Source: a virus
DNA length: 64,000 nucleotides
Strand: one strand, 5' to 3'
Virus record (IMG/VR): IMGVR_UViG_3300032320_000408
Span: 1,348-65,347 of that record
In this document: positions 38,431 through 48,954 of the stretch, one piece after another
How positions within the stretch are numbered: the first letter of the stretch is position 1
Layout of the letters: each line of letters starts with the position of its first letter
Made by a program: the position numbers and the translations under genes
Notes under the pieces: generated by a model
Told to the model about the DNA's origin: nothing
The model's database searches: none
What the model saw: only the letters and a program-made list of their open reading frames with translations

Positions 38431-39933
38431 TTATTTTGGCAATTTACTGAAGTCTACAACGTTAGATGGTGTTGGCGCGATAGCTGATACAACTCTAGCC
38501 TTTAACGCATCGAGTATGCCCTGCTTAGGCTCAGGAGCAACACGAGGAGCGATGCTTGGATCAACGGCAGAGCCTGTCTTGCGCATGCGGTTATATGCAT
38601 CCATGTAGGTTTGAGCGCGTGTAATTTTATCTTCTGGCGTCAAATCCGTTTCCATGTTGTCTTTGGCTTCTTTGGAGACAACCTTCAAAGCCTCCTCAAA
38701 CGTAAGCTCGCCCGCTTTGCCTTGACCTTGGTATAGGCGGTACAACTCAGGATTTTCTTTCAGCATGGCCATTTGTTCCATGAACTGGCTTGGCTTGGTT
38801 GCGTTTGCGCGAGACACAGCCAGTTGGGCCATGTCAATTTGATTCCTGAGAGCGGCGGCAGCAGCAGTGCCTTTAGTTCTTTCAACGTCAGCCACTTGTT
38901 TGTTAAGCGCTTCTTTATATTTCATGGCCTCACCAACACGGCCCTCGGCCTGGGCGCGCTGCATAGCTTCCACATCAGAGCGCAACTTAGAAACGTCAAC
39001 CATACGGCCGCGCTCCAAACCTTCCTGCTTAGCTGCGCGCTCTTCGGCTGCGGCGGTTTCAGCGTTGTATGCCCTACCAAATCCACCAAAGGCCGAGCCT
39101 ATTTGATTACCCATGCCTTTTTGTCCGCGTGTAGCCTCGCCTGCCGCAATCAAAGCATTAGACAAACCAGCCAACCCCATGCGGCCTTCTGATTCTTTAA
39201 ATCGTGCAGCTTGCGCTTGATCTTTGGCTTCCAATGCCGCAGCCAGTTTTTCAGCTTGAGCGCCTGGGACCGTACGCAAGATGGGGTACTTCTCAAACAA
39301 ACGTGCGCGCGTGATCTCTGGATCTTCTGGCGCCTCCATATTTGTTTTGCCAGCCATTTGATCCATCAAGATCCTGTTAGCAATTTCAGACACGCTGGCC
39401 GGTTTGCCAGTTTTTTCAACGGGCTTTTCATTAGCTGCGGCTCTCATTTGCTCAATTATTTCTGCGCCACGAGCTTGTGTGGTTTCATCGTACACAGGGT
39501 CTTTGACAACTTGATCATTCTCTTCGTTAGCAAAAGCAACGATACCGCCGGGCGCATAGTTAAACATGTCTTTACGCATAGGCACAGAAGCCAAGCCACC
39601 AGCAGCCATACGCGTAGGCGGTTGCTGAGGAGCTGCGCCAGCCAACTGCCGAGGCATTTGAGCAGGAATGCCTTGAGGCTGGGGAGGCTGAGGTACAGGA
39701 ACACCTTGAGCAGCAAGGCCGGGCAACTGCTGAGGCTGCATGAGCGATTGCTCAATTTGGTCCTTGACAGAGCCTTGCGGGGGCTGTGCGGGCTGCTGCT
39801 CCATTTGCTTGCGGCGGTTTAATTCACCAAGCGCAATGTAAGGAGGAACCTGTGGGTTTTGCCCATTGGCATAGCCCATCAACACGGGCGTGGGCATACC
39901 CTTGAGGTGTTCTTGGACCTGTACTAAGTTCAT
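38431..39933 (-). CDS. Putative internal virion/ejection protein
   Basis: 500 aa, Gln/Pro-rich N-terminus, helical Ala-rich body, MAAGG and YAPGG motifs. Confidence 0.6.
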   Translation of the reverse strand: MNLVQVQEHLKGMPTPVLMGYANGQNPQVPPYIALGELNRRKQMEQQPAQPPQGSVKDQIEQSLMQPQQLPGLAAQGVPVPQPPQPQGIPAQMPRQLAGAAPQQPPTRMAAGGLASVPMRKDMFNYAPGGIVAFANEENDQVVKDPVYDETTQARGAEIIEQMRAAANEKPVEKTGKPASVSEIANRILMDQMAGKTNMEAPEDPEITRARLFEKYPILRTVPGAQAEKLAAALEAKDQAQAARFKESEGRMGLAGLSNALIAAGEATRGQKGMGNQIGSAFGGFGRAYNAETAAAEERAAKQEGLERGRMVDVSKLRSDVEAMQRAQAEGRVGEAMKYKEALNKQVADVERTKGTAAAAALRNQIDMAQLAVSRANATKPSQFMEQMAMLKENPELYRLYQGQGKAGELTFEEALKVVSKEAKDNMETDLTPEDKITRAQTYMDAYNRMRKTGSAVDPSIAPRVAPEPKQGILDALKARVVSAIAPTPSNVVDFSKLPK

Positions 39934-39942
39934 GTTTAATCC

Positions 39943-40902
39943 TTATGCGGGAGGAGTTACTGGGGCTTCTTTTTGACCAGCACTAATACCTAAAGCCGTT
40001 AACAATTCACCTATATTTTTGTAACCCATTTGAGAGGCAGCAGCGGTGCCGCCACCTAGGGCTTGCAAAAACTGACCGATACCAGAAAGCTGGCCGGGCG
40101 TATTGGTTACAGACGAGGTGGGCAAACCAGAAATCATGTCGCGCTGGAACTGAACTTGCTGATATGGGTACTGGCGCTGTTGGTTAAATTCAGCCAAGTC
40201 AGCAGCCACACCTTCAGACTCAATGCCACGCTGTTGTGCACCAGCCGAGCTTAACAAGCCAAGCAGATCTCTTGACTGGCCTTGCTCAGTGTTGAACTGT
40301 TGCATGGCCTTGTCGTAAGCATTGGCGTAACCTGTGCCCACGGTCTTGTTCATTTCTTGCATCAAGTTACGGTTGTTTTCCGCATTCATGATTGCTTGAC
40401 GACCACCACCATAAGCACCAGCGCCTGTAAGTTTGGCGTTAGTGTTCATTTGAGTAATGTCGTTTTGGCGACGCAGTTCTGCCAGTTGTGGATCAAGCAC
40501 AGACTGAAGGTACGGGTTCATGTAGTTAGCTGCGGTGCCTGTCGGCCCCATGGGTGCAGCAGGAGTTGTTGGCATGCCGGCTGAGCCACCAGTACCAATA
40601 GGCTGTGTGCCGTAAGCGCTTGGATTCATGTTGGGCGCAGCGTATGCACCAGTAGAGCTAAAGCTCTGACCCAAGTTCTGAGGCACAGAAAGCCCAGCAA
40701 GGCCGCTAAAAACGTTTTGCTGTAGTTGTGATGGGCCGGCAGTCAATGGGCCTTGGTAGGTCTGATAATCCTGATTACCTAGCGCCTGAGCCTGACCCAA
40801 ATAGTTCGTAATGTACGGGGCTGCCCAGTCGGCTAAGCCTTGCGTGTTTGTTCCACCTGCGGCTGGTGTGCCGAGCGTGCTTCCGGGTACTGTATTAGCC
40901 AT
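39943..40902 (-). CDS. Putative DNA ejection/pilot protein
   Basis: YMNPY, GAYGGGRQ, Gln-rich helices typical of podovirus ejection proteins. Confidence 0.65.
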   Translation of the reverse strand: MANTVPGSTLGTPAAGGTNTQGLADWAAPYITNYLGQAQALGNQDYQTYQGPLTAGPSQLQQNVFSGLAGLSVPQNLGQSFSSTGAYAAPNMNPSAYGTQPIGTGGSAGMPTTPAAPMGPTGTAANYMNPYLQSVLDPQLAELRRQNDITQMNTNAKLTGAGAYGGGRQAIMNAENNRNLMQEMNKTVGTGYANAYDKAMQQFNTEQGQSRDLLGLLSSAGAQQRGIESEGVAADLAEFNQQRQYPYQQVQFQRDMISGLPTSSVTNTPGQLSGIGQFLQALGGGTAAASQMGYKNIGELLTALGISAGQKEAPVTPPA

Positions 40903-40911
40903 GCCGATTCC

Positions 40912-41946
40912 TTATGCTGGTAAGTATTTGTGAGCCTTGGTGTCGGCTGCAACGTTCTTTGTTTTGCGACGTGCTTTTTGCACACGGTCCATCATTGCGT
41001 ACAAGCGGTCAGCGCCTGCGTCTGTGGAGCCATTACCTAGCTCAGAAACAATACGGGCCGGTACAACAAACTCACCGTTAGCAAGGCGGGCTGGCTGTTT
41101 ACCTGCAATTGTCGCAGGAATATCATCACTTACGCCATCACCTGGGCCTTTAAGCAAACGGCCGCCATCTGAGTAGCCACCCAGAGAAGAGATGCCGCCA
41201 CCGGCCATAACAATTTCACCACCACCAGCCATGCGCGGGGCGTATGTGGTTGGGCTAAAGTACGTTGTACCGCCAGCGCCAGGGCGGCTAGGAGGAGAGT
41301 AAGGAAGCTGTGAGCGGTTAGCACTCAATGAAGGAATGCTTGCTCCAGAGCTAGAGCCGCCGCCACCGCCTTTGCCCATTTGCGACAACATGAGCATCAG
41401 CATCATCATCATCATGGGGTCCATGCCTTTTTTGCCGTCTGGTGTTGTACCCTTGGGCGGTGGTGGCGGTGTAGTTTTAGGCGGAGGAGGTGTAGTAGGC
41501 CCATTGGGACCGCCGGGGCCACCTGTAATAGTTGGCCCGGGTGTTGTGGTTCCGCCGTACGGAATACCTGCGCTACTTGTAACTCCAGTGCGGGCCGCCG
41601 CCGCTGCGGTCGCTGCGTCACCTTTTCCAGTGGCAGGGTTATACCCTCCGCCTACATCAATATTGTCCGCAGCATTTGCGTCTTGATCCCCACCTCTCAT
41701 GTCAAGGTTTGCCATGCCACCTAACTCCAAGGCGTCAAAATTATCCATGCCTCGCATGTCTAGGTTAGCCATACTGCCGTAATCTGAGGCGTTGCCAAAC
41801 AAATCTTCAAAATTAAAACCGCCGGTGTCAAACCCGCCGTCGGTAAACTGACTGAGATCTAGACCTTCAATTCCAGATGTGTCAAAGTTAAAGCCGCCGG
41901 TATCCATGCCGCCGCCAAGATACTCGCTAATGTCAAATTCATCCAT
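40912..41946 (-). CDS. Low-complexity virion protein with tape-measure-like GPGDGxSD motif
   Basis: GPGDGVSDDIPA...ARLANGEFV C-terminal domain; internal repeats. Confidence 0.65.
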   Translation of the reverse strand: MDEFDISEYLGGGMDTGGFNFDTSGIEGLDLSQFTDGGFDTGGFNFEDLFGNASDYGSMANLDMRGMDNFDALELGGMANLDMRGGDQDANAADNIDVGGGYNPATGKGDAATAAAAARTGVTSSAGIPYGGTTTPGPTITGGPGGPNGPTTPPPPKTTPPPPPKGTTPDGKKGMDPMMMMMLMLMLSQMGKGGGGGSSSGASIPSLSANRSQLPYSPPSRPGAGGTTYFSPTTYAPRMAGGGEIVMAGGGISSLGGYSDGGRLLKGPGDGVSDDIPATIAGKQPARLANGEFVVPARIVSELGNGSTDAGADRLYAMMDRVQKARRKTKNVAADTKAHKYLPA

Positions 41947-41956
41947 GTTTTACCCC

Positions 41957-44368
41957 TTATGGCGCTTTGGCCGGTTGAGTTGCTTTACCGGACATTGCTT
42001 GCTTCATGGCCGTGTTTAAAATTGCATTTTGTATGTTTGGATCTTTTCCAGTAAGGGCGCTTGTTAACACGTTGGAAGCAATACCGTTGAAGTACGGCTG
42101 CCCTTCCCCAAGTTTATCCAACCCTGTGCCGCCAAGCAAATCTTTTCCATAGTTATTCATGCCTGCGTTTATAAATGAGTTAATTGCTGCGTTGCTAAGG
42201 TCTACATTTTTCCCCGAGAGAATGCCTGCACCTACGTTACCAGCAAACTGTCCCGCCGCTTGGCTTCCAAACTGACCAAGACTACCTGCTGTAGCTCCTG
42301 TCGCCCCTTGCGCAATTTGACCGCCAGCATAAGAGATGGCCATTCTTTTTGCTATTTCTTCAGGCGGCACGCCTTGAACAGCAGACAGTGCCGCTATACC
42401 TAAAGGTCCGCCAAAATATGAGGCAGCCATAGTGGCAAGCGGGCCCATGACAGAGTCTGACATGATATCTTGAGTAAAGCCCCTGATGCCAGCGCCGCTG
42501 CTCTGGTGTCCTGCTGGTTTTGGGCTGCCATTGGCATCCCATGAGCCACTAATGCTTTGCTTACCGTTTAACCAACTGCGGTAACTAGGGTCTGCTTCGT
42601 AGCCTGTGAGCTTGCCGGCTGCATCATAGTTGGCATAAACAGGAAGGCCGTTAACCGTAGTTGGCTTTGTGGAACGGTAGCCAAGCAGCGCGTTATCTTC
42701 TCCGCCAGTAGTAATTTCTTGAACGCCCTTGCTTTTGACGCCGCCACCCGTTTGAACTTGGTATGTACCGCCTTCGCCGTCATCTCTAGTTTCCGTCTTG
42801 ATTGGAGTCATTTCCAGCTGTTGCGGGATGTTTTCTTTTGCTTTGGCAGTCAAAGGCGAAACAATTTGCAACTGGTAGTCTTGTGGCTTGCCGCCAAAGT
42901 TTTCGTTAGCTGTAAACGTAGCCGTCCCCAGCATCTTCTCAATTTGTGCAATTTGCGGGGCGTACTTGGTCGCGTTTTCTGGTGTTGATTTGGCTACGTT
43001 TAAAAACGTTTGATAGCTTTCTGCCAAACTACCTGTTCCGTTCTGGATGTCGCGCATCACCAACTCTGGTCCGGCGGCCAAAACTTTGTTTAAACCAACG
43101 CCATAAATTCCAGCAGCCCTTGGGTCTTCCTTGGCTTTAAGGATAAATCTTGTAATGTCAGCAGCTGACGCACTGGGGTCATCCATTAGCTTCTGCAAAC
43201 CGGTCGGCACGTTGCGTACAGGATCTAAATAAGCTGCAACTTCTTTTTCTGTAAACTTACCCTTAGATGCTTTAGCAATATCTGCATCTGATGTGCCATA
43301 GCTTTGACTCAACGAAAGTAACGTGGCCGTCTTGGTTGTGTCGTCTGTTTTTGGGTCATTCAAGCTGGCAACAATACTGCCCAGCCCTTTGTCGTACAGA
43401 TCAAAGTAAGACTGCGCGGTTGTTTTGTCTAAGCCACCGTATTTAACAAGCTCGTCAACTGTCCATTTATTGTCAACCGCAGCCTTGTGCAAGAGGCCAA
43501 CCTCATTCATGGTTGTGCCGGGGTCTTTGGCTAACGTGGTATTGATGAACTGGTTAATGTTGGTTTTGTACGCGTCCATGAAGGGCTGGACTTTTTCCTT
43601 GCCGTACATGGACTCCAGTTGTGCTGGCGTAAGACCAACCTCTCTGGATCTGCCTATTATTTTGTTAGCTTGATCTGCAAAGGAAAGTGTTTTGTCGCCC
43701 AACACAGAGTTGACATAACTTTGAACCTCTCCCTTGACGGGGTTGCTCAAGAAACCTGTATTTTTTAATTCTGCTGCAGCGGCAGCACGAAACGCAGCAA
43801 TCTCATTTGGGTCAATTGTCGGACCATACTGGCTTATGTACTGATCTACAACGGCTTGAGATTCAGGAGCGCGGCCAAGGTAGGTTTGGTACAGGCTGTT
43901 AATGCCTTGGTTTGCTTGGTAAGCCGAGTTAACGTAGTCAGACGTAGTGCCGTACTGTTTTGCTACGGCGTTTGCAAACTCTGGTGTTAACCCCCCGGCG
44001 GATTGAATGGCGGCAGTAAGTTGAGATGGCGTGGCATTTGGATTGGCAGCAGCCCACTGGCTAACAATGTCTTGATATGGGGCGGTTGGAGCCGCAGGGG
44101 CTGTGTAGCCCGTCATAGAAAGCTCTGGCGCAGCAGCAGCTTTAAACGTGGCTAGTTCATTTTCATCTACTGTGTCGCCAAACTGCTGGTTCCAATAGGA
44201 CAAGCCTCCTTGGTCTGGAGCGCGGCCAAGTACTGTGTCGTATAAAGAGTTAACCGATACTGGCGCAGGAGCGACAGGGTTAGCCATCCCAAGCGAAGCA
44301 ATGCCCGAGGGATCCGCCACATTGCCAGAAACATCTGCCACGTTATTTATGTTGTCAAAGAGGCCCAT
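41957..44368 (-). CDS. Putative virion protein with DUF4214-like repeats
   Basis: LYDTVLGRAPDQGGLSYW and LYQTYLGRAPES; hydrophobic Gly/Ala C-terminal region. Confidence 0.6.
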   Translation of the reverse strand: MGLFDNINNVADVSGNVADPSGIASLGMANPVAPAPVSVNSLYDTVLGRAPDQGGLSYWNQQFGDTVDENELATFKAAAAPELSMTGYTAPAAPTAPYQDIVSQWAAANPNATPSQLTAAIQSAGGLTPEFANAVAKQYGTTSDYVNSAYQANQGINSLYQTYLGRAPESQAVVDQYISQYGPTIDPNEIAAFRAAAAAELKNTGFLSNPVKGEVQSYVNSVLGDKTLSFADQANKIIGRSREVGLTPAQLESMYGKEKVQPFMDAYKTNINQFINTTLAKDPGTTMNEVGLLHKAAVDNKWTVDELVKYGGLDKTTAQSYFDLYDKGLGSIVASLNDPKTDDTTKTATLLSLSQSYGTSDADIAKASKGKFTEKEVAAYLDPVRNVPTGLQKLMDDPSASAADITRFILKAKEDPRAAGIYGVGLNKVLAAGPELVMRDIQNGTGSLAESYQTFLNVAKSTPENATKYAPQIAQIEKMLGTATFTANENFGGKPQDYQLQIVSPLTAKAKENIPQQLEMTPIKTETRDDGEGGTYQVQTGGGVKSKGVQEITTGGEDNALLGYRSTKPTTVNGLPVYANYDAAGKLTGYEADPSYRSWLNGKQSISGSWDANGSPKPAGHQSSGAGIRGFTQDIMSDSVMGPLATMAASYFGGPLGIAALSAVQGVPPEEIAKRMAISYAGGQIAQGATGATAGSLGQFGSQAAGQFAGNVGAGILSGKNVDLSNAAINSFINAGMNNYGKDLLGGTGLDKLGEGQPYFNGIASNVLTSALTGKDPNIQNAILNTAMKQAMSGKATQPAKAP

Positions 44369-44370
44369 GT

Positions 44371-44622
44371 TTACACCTTGATCTTTAATGTGTTGGTGGC
44401 CGTGTCTCGGTACACATCACCAGAGCGTAACGTTGCCAGGCTTGTCTGCGTTGGCAAAGTGTCCACGTTAATGTTTAGTTGGGCAATATTGATAGGCTGC
44501 ACAGCGTTTGTATTCTGGAAATACAGGTTAAAGATGCTCAACAACTTAGACATGTACGACGAGTCATACTCTAGCGGCGCATCAGGCAAGCGCGGAGGTG
44601 AGCCAATGCTAAATAAGCTCAT
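44371..44622 (-). CDS. Small tail-associated hypothetical protein
   Basis: 83 aa, ATGA-coupled to upstream gene. Confidence 0.65.
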   Translation of the reverse strand: MSLFSIGSPPRLPDAPLEYDSSYMSKLLSIFNLYFQNTNAVQPINIAQLNINVDTLPTQTSLATLRSGDVYRDTATNTLKIKV

Positions 44623-46562
44623 GAGTTACCCCTGCGGCCATCTGTCTTGATGTCAATACGCGGTGCGCCAATCTGCCACTGTGTACCAAGCTGAGAGCTG
44701 TCAATCTTAAACACCATCTGACGACCGCGCACACGCACAAACACTTGGCCTGTAAATTCCTCAACGGGTGCCGTAGCAATACGCTGGATTGTTGCAGTGC
44801 TAGACCCGCCTTCCGACTGAGGGTCGTTATACCCAGAGCCTGAGTTTGCCAACGGGATGAGCGTCATGGTTACTTGCGGCGTGTTGGAGCCAGTAGAACC
44901 ACGGAATGTCAAGTCAGGCAGGATGCGGTAGACAAAACCAAAGTTGTGGCCGTCATCAATGTCAAACTCAGAAGATGAGATTGATGTCACCATACCAACT
45001 GGAGTTCCGTCAACGTTGTCATCCACACCAGACTCATGGTTTAGCAGATTGCCTTGAGTTGTGGTTGAGCTGTATGTTGCAGCAATAGGGTAATTACGTA
45101 AACCAGAGTCCAACCAGGCTGTACGACTCATTGAGCCGTAGTACCACACATCTTCTGTGTAGTTGTAGATTACATATCTGTCGATTGCCGTGCTGTTTGC
45201 AGAACAGTAGAACCACCAGACTTCATTGAAACCCTCATTGGTTCCAGAAAAGAACTGTTGTTTTTGTTCAAGGTTGATGTCGCTGTAGATGTACTGTCGC
45301 AAGTCGCAACGTAAGGTCTGCACACGACCATCGTATTTGTAGAACTTGTCCACACCCATCCAGTACACCACGCCAGACGCAATGGCTGCGGCGTTTTGGC
45401 TAACGATAGATATATTGTCACCTAAGAGCTGACTGCCCCAGACAGCAGGTGGGCCTTGGTATTGCAGAGAAAATACAGTGGAATCTGTGAAGACCACAAT
45501 CTCTTGACGGGCCTGAATGGCCGTAATGATTTCAGAGCCGTGCGACAACTGCAAGCTGGATGCTTGGTTTGTAATGGCGGGTGTCCACTGCGTTACTGAC
45601 TCTTGGTCTGACCAACGAATCAGCATAGGGTTGAGTACTGAATCGCCGTAGTCATTTGTACCAAAACAGAAGACAAATCTACTTGCGGCAGAAACAAGGA
45701 TGTAGTTCTGCACCACAGGAACATCAGATGCACCAACTAAGGTAGACGCCAAAACGCCTCGAGTTGTTACGCCGTTAGTTGCGTCCCAGTAATACAAACC
45801 ACCACCGCGAGGGCCAAAGACCAAGTCTTCACCAAAATTAACTTGACTCCAAAGGCGTATGGACGTTGTGGAAGATGTACCAAAACCCCATGTTCCAGTA
45901 CCCCAGCCGCCAGCGCCCCATCCAACTAACGGCACTTGTGTTGCTGGGCCTACGTTGAGTTGATACGCAGCGCCTACAGTGCCACCACCGGGAGAGCCAG
46001 AAACGTCTGTTGCATTAGCTACAGCGCCCACGGTAATCGTGTAAGAGTTGGCAGTTACAACGGTCAGTTGATACTCTTGGTTCAATATAGCAGCGGTAAT
46101 GTTTCCACCCAGACCAGTTGCACCACTGAAGGTTACAAAGTCACCAGTAACAGAGCCGTTGGCTGTGTCTGCCACAGTAATGACAGAGGATCCTAGTGTG
46201 GCTGTAAACGGGTTGGTAAGCGCTGTACCGGCTGTGCGGGTAAGGCGAATAGGGGTGATGTCAAAGTAAGCGCCGCCACGTTCAATGTAGAACTTGAGGT
46301 TTGTACCAAGAGCAAGCAGGTTTAAGCCGGCCAGCGTCACCCAATTCCAAAGTGATCTGCACGCACCGAGAAAGTAATTGGTACTAATCGGTTCCCAGCC
46401 ACCCAGCTTTTCGGGTGTGCCTTGGCGAAAACGAACCTTGTCAGATGAATACCAGCCGCCAACAGACTGTGTTCCAGAGTTAACCGATCCGAGCGATTCG
46501 GAGGCGTAGCGGGTGTTCTCTCGGTTCACCCCGGGACGAAACAGTATCTTTTTTAACGGCAT
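44619..46562 (-). CDS. Putative tail nozzle/stabilisation protein (P22 gp10-like beta-propeller)
   Basis: 647 aa beta-rich, IRWSDQE, VYWMG, RVRGRQ; position before ejection genes. Confidence 0.7.
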   Translation of the reverse strand: MPLKKILFRPGVNRENTRYASESLGSVNSGTQSVGGWYSSDKVRFRQGTPEKLGGWEPISTNYFLGACRSLWNWVTLAGLNLLALGTNLKFYIERGGAYFDITPIRLTRTAGTALTNPFTATLGSSVITVADTANGSVTGDFVTFSGATGLGGNITAAILNQEYQLTVVTANSYTITVGAVANATDVSGSPGGGTVGAAYQLNVGPATQVPLVGWGAGGWGTGTWGFGTSSTTSIRLWSQVNFGEDLVFGPRGGGLYYWDATNGVTTRGVLASTLVGASDVPVVQNYILVSAASRFVFCFGTNDYGDSVLNPMLIRWSDQESVTQWTPAITNQASSLQLSHGSEIITAIQARQEIVVFTDSTVFSLQYQGPPAVWGSQLLGDNISIVSQNAAAIASGVVYWMGVDKFYKYDGRVQTLRCDLRQYIYSDINLEQKQQFFSGTNEGFNEVWWFYCSANSTAIDRYVIYNYTEDVWYYGSMSRTAWLDSGLRNYPIAATYSSTTTQGNLLNHESGVDDNVDGTPVGMVTSISSSEFDIDDGHNFGFVYRILPDLTFRGSTGSNTPQVTMTLIPLANSGSGYNDPQSEGGSSTATIQRIATAPVEEFTGQVFVRVRGRQMVFKIDSSQLGTQWQIGAPRIDIKTDGRRGNS

Positions 46563-46592
46563 GGCTTATTGTCCCATCAAACGATTAGGCTA

Positions 46593-47060
46593 TCAAGCGT
46601 GTAGGCCGGGCAGGTATACCGTTTTACCGTCTTGTTTTACCGCTGTCAATGTCTGGCATTTTAGATTAGCTGGGTCATAAGACACATGCACCCAACCGCT
46701 GTCGGGAATACCCTGCGTGTAGAACTCCAGAATAACCTGAGTGAACTTGTAATTCTTGGCAATGTAGTCGGCGAGCTCATGGTTTGGCACACCGGGTATC
46801 TCAATATCAGCAGCCATGCCCTTGCAGTGGTCGGATGTTCTGGAGCCTTTGACCGCAGCGTTGACATCTGGGTGACGGAAGCCCGAGTTGACCTTCACGC
46901 CTTTGCCGTAGTGGTCACGAATCTTTTGCAGGACTTCGCCAGCCAGCGTGGTTAGGTTGGCAATCTCTGTTGGGCCGGGTTCATTTGGCATATCCAAGCG
47001 CAGAGCAGTCTCGCTCTTGGTGAGTTCGTGCAAGGAGAAGTTGGCTGTGAGTTGTGTCAT
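46593..47060 (-). CDS. Endolysin, peptidase M15A family
   Basis: NSGFR, SDHCKGMAADI, WVHVSY zinc-binding motifs. Confidence 0.9.
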   Translation of the reverse strand: MTQLTANFSLHELTKSETALRLDMPNEPGPTEIANLTTLAGEVLQKIRDHYGKGVKVNSGFRHPDVNAAVKGSRTSDHCKGMAADIEIPGVPNHELADYIAKNYKFTQVILEFYTQGIPDSGWVHVSYDPANLKCQTLTAVKQDGKTVYLPGLHA

Positions 47061-47512
47061 TTTTTAGCTACCTTATCTGCAATTTTTTCCATTGTGCGGC
47101 CACCAAAGTAGAAGGACATAACCAACATGCCCCACTGCCCAAGCAGCTCCACGTACGCGCCCCGAGTTTCGTGTCCAAATATAGAAGCAACAGCGAAGCC
47201 GCTGTAGGCCAGCAGGAGGAATATCAACGTAGCTGGACGGATGTTCTTGGACAACCAAGAGTCAGAACCCATGTCGGCCTTTAGGCGCTCGGTCAGGTTG
47301 TTTTGCTCGGTCTTGTAGTATTCCAGCTCTAGCTCTTGTAGCTTGGCTGCGGCTGCCGGGTCGCCTGCAATGGCTTTGGCAACGGCTTCTACGCTATCTC
47401 CAACCCCAAGACGATTGGCAATAGCAGATACGGCAGCGCCCCCAAGAGGACCAGCAACAGCAGTTGCAAGAGTAGGCGCAATGCCCTTGAGCAGATTGAA
47501 TAGGTCATTCAT
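47057..47512 (-). CDS. Putative holin
   Basis: SKNIRP, TM helices, FYFGGR motif; adjacent to endolysin. Confidence 0.75.
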   Translation of the reverse strand: MNDLFNLLKGIAPTLATAVAGPLGGAAVSAIANRLGVGDSVEAVAKAIAGDPAAAAKLQELELEYYKTEQNNLTERLKADMGSDSWLSKNIRPATLIFLLLAYSGFAVASIFGHETRGAYVELLGQWGMLVMSFYFGGRTMEKIADKVAKK

Positions 47513-47681
47513 CGTCTTTCCTTTCCAGCAGTTTTTGCTTACGTTCTTTTTCCTCGATGCGCACCAGCAGGGCTTCGGCCTGCTTTAGTTGTTTGCTTTG
47601 GTAAGCGATGGCAAAAGACACAATCATCAAACTAAAAATGATGAGTGTGACAATGGTTACCCATAACCAAAACTCTTTCAT
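47505..47681 (-). CDS. Small single-TM protein in lysis module
   Basis: ATG at 47681 overlapping upstream stop; N-terminal TM and charged tail. Confidence 0.55.
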   Translation of the reverse strand: MKEFWLWVTIVTLIIFSLMIVSFAIAYQSKQLKQAEALLVRIEEKERKQKLLERKDDE

Positions 47682-48409
47682 AGAGCTGAAAACAACGCCG
47701 TCATCCACAGAGCCGCCACCGCCAACACGATTGCGTAACCCAGTTTGGCCAGCAGAATTTGTTCTCGGTGTTCGTGTTGCCACGCTGTATCCCGTTCTTT
47801 CTTGAGTTTCAACTCACGCGCAAATTCCTGCTCTTCCAAAATCTCTTCTTGCTTGGCCAAAAACTCTTGGTACATGGCGCCCAAGCCCAGCGACTCAGGT
47901 GTGCCGTAAATCATTGACTGCTTCAGTTGGGCGGACAGTTGTTTCATTTGCCACTGGATTTCAATACGGTCGATGGCACTGTCGGCAACCTTCTCGGTTA
48001 CGAGGGCTTCTTCTTCAAGCTCGCGGCAGTGGATTTTGAGTTGTCGGATGGCTTCAAAGTAGACTTTGAGGTGTTCACAGATGTCGTGGACGGCGCGGGC
48101 TTGGTACTCTTCGTAGCTGAGTTCCGGCTCATGTTTGTTTTTTGGCTTTTCTTTAACTTGAGCTGGCTCGGCTGCGATAACTGATTTTTGAGGTGCAGGT
48201 TTAGTTTGTCCTGTGCCTCCAAATAATCCTGTAATCCATCCCCAGAGTCCTGTGACCTCGGCGTAGATGGCTTTGGCGTCGGAGATGCCGCCCTCAACCT
48301 GCTTCTTAAACTTTCCGATTTCAGCCTTGCCTTCTGATAGGAGTTGACAGCCAGCGCGGATAGCACTGACCGCACTCTGTGCCATAAGAAGAAGACTGAT
48401 TGGGTCCAC
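47678..48409 (-). CDS. Coiled-coil membrane-anchored hypothetical protein
   Basis: 243 aa, C-terminal TM helix. Confidence 0.65.
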   Translation of the reverse strand: MDPISLLLMAQSAVSAIRAGCQLLSEGKAEIGKFKKQVEGGISDAKAIYAEVTGLWGWITGLFGGTGQTKPAPQKSVIAAEPAQVKEKPKNKHEPELSYEEYQARAVHDICEHLKVYFEAIRQLKIHCRELEEEALVTEKVADSAIDRIEIQWQMKQLSAQLKQSMIYGTPESLGLGAMYQEFLAKQEEILEEQEFARELKLKKERDTAWQHEHREQILLAKLGYAIVLAVAALWMTALFSAL

Positions 48410-48415
48410 ATTCTT

Positions 48416-48954
48416 TTAGCAGTCTACAAAGCCAGACATCTCAGGCAGTTGCTTAAGGGCTGCGTAGGCAAGAGAAAACAACTGCGTTGGGTCTGTGGCT
48501 TCCACGCGCACTTGCGCACCTTGCATAAACTTGTACTTGTTGTCTGGGTTGGCAGCAAAAGCGGGCGAGCTAAAGATGCAGCAGTCGGCGGTAAAGCCGT
48601 CGCGTGGGTTGCCTTGTACGTTTGCAATACGCACGTATGCTTCTGGCAAGTTAATGCCGCGCCATGTGTATGAACCTTTGATGGCCATGATTAGTCCCTT
48701 CTAGCGTTAGTTAAAGACTCATGCTGCATCATTGCGGCATAAGCATCTGCGTATACATCTTGTCCATCCACCCAAGGGAACGTGACCGTGATGATGTCTA
48801 TGCTGTTATCAAAAGACTGACTTAGCCCTTGATTTACAAATATGGCAAACGTAGCTGCCCAGTTGTAGTTCTTTGCGCCGCCAATAGACTGAGGGCGAAT
48901 GTAGACATCCTGTAGCGGAATGTCTCGGCATGTGTAGTTTGCAATGATTGCCAT
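48416..48954 (-). CDS. Two tandem paralogous small proteins (48416-48688, 48691-48954), tail-fibre-associated
   Basis: MAIKGSYTWRGINLPEAYVRI vs MAIIANYTCRDIPLQDVYIRP; both end AYAA(L/M). Confidence 0.65.

Noticed and set aside
46563-46592. Leaderless promoter (TGgGACAAT 5 nt before the nozzle ATG)
   Set aside because: Weak -10 match and single occurrence; cannot be supported without transcript data.
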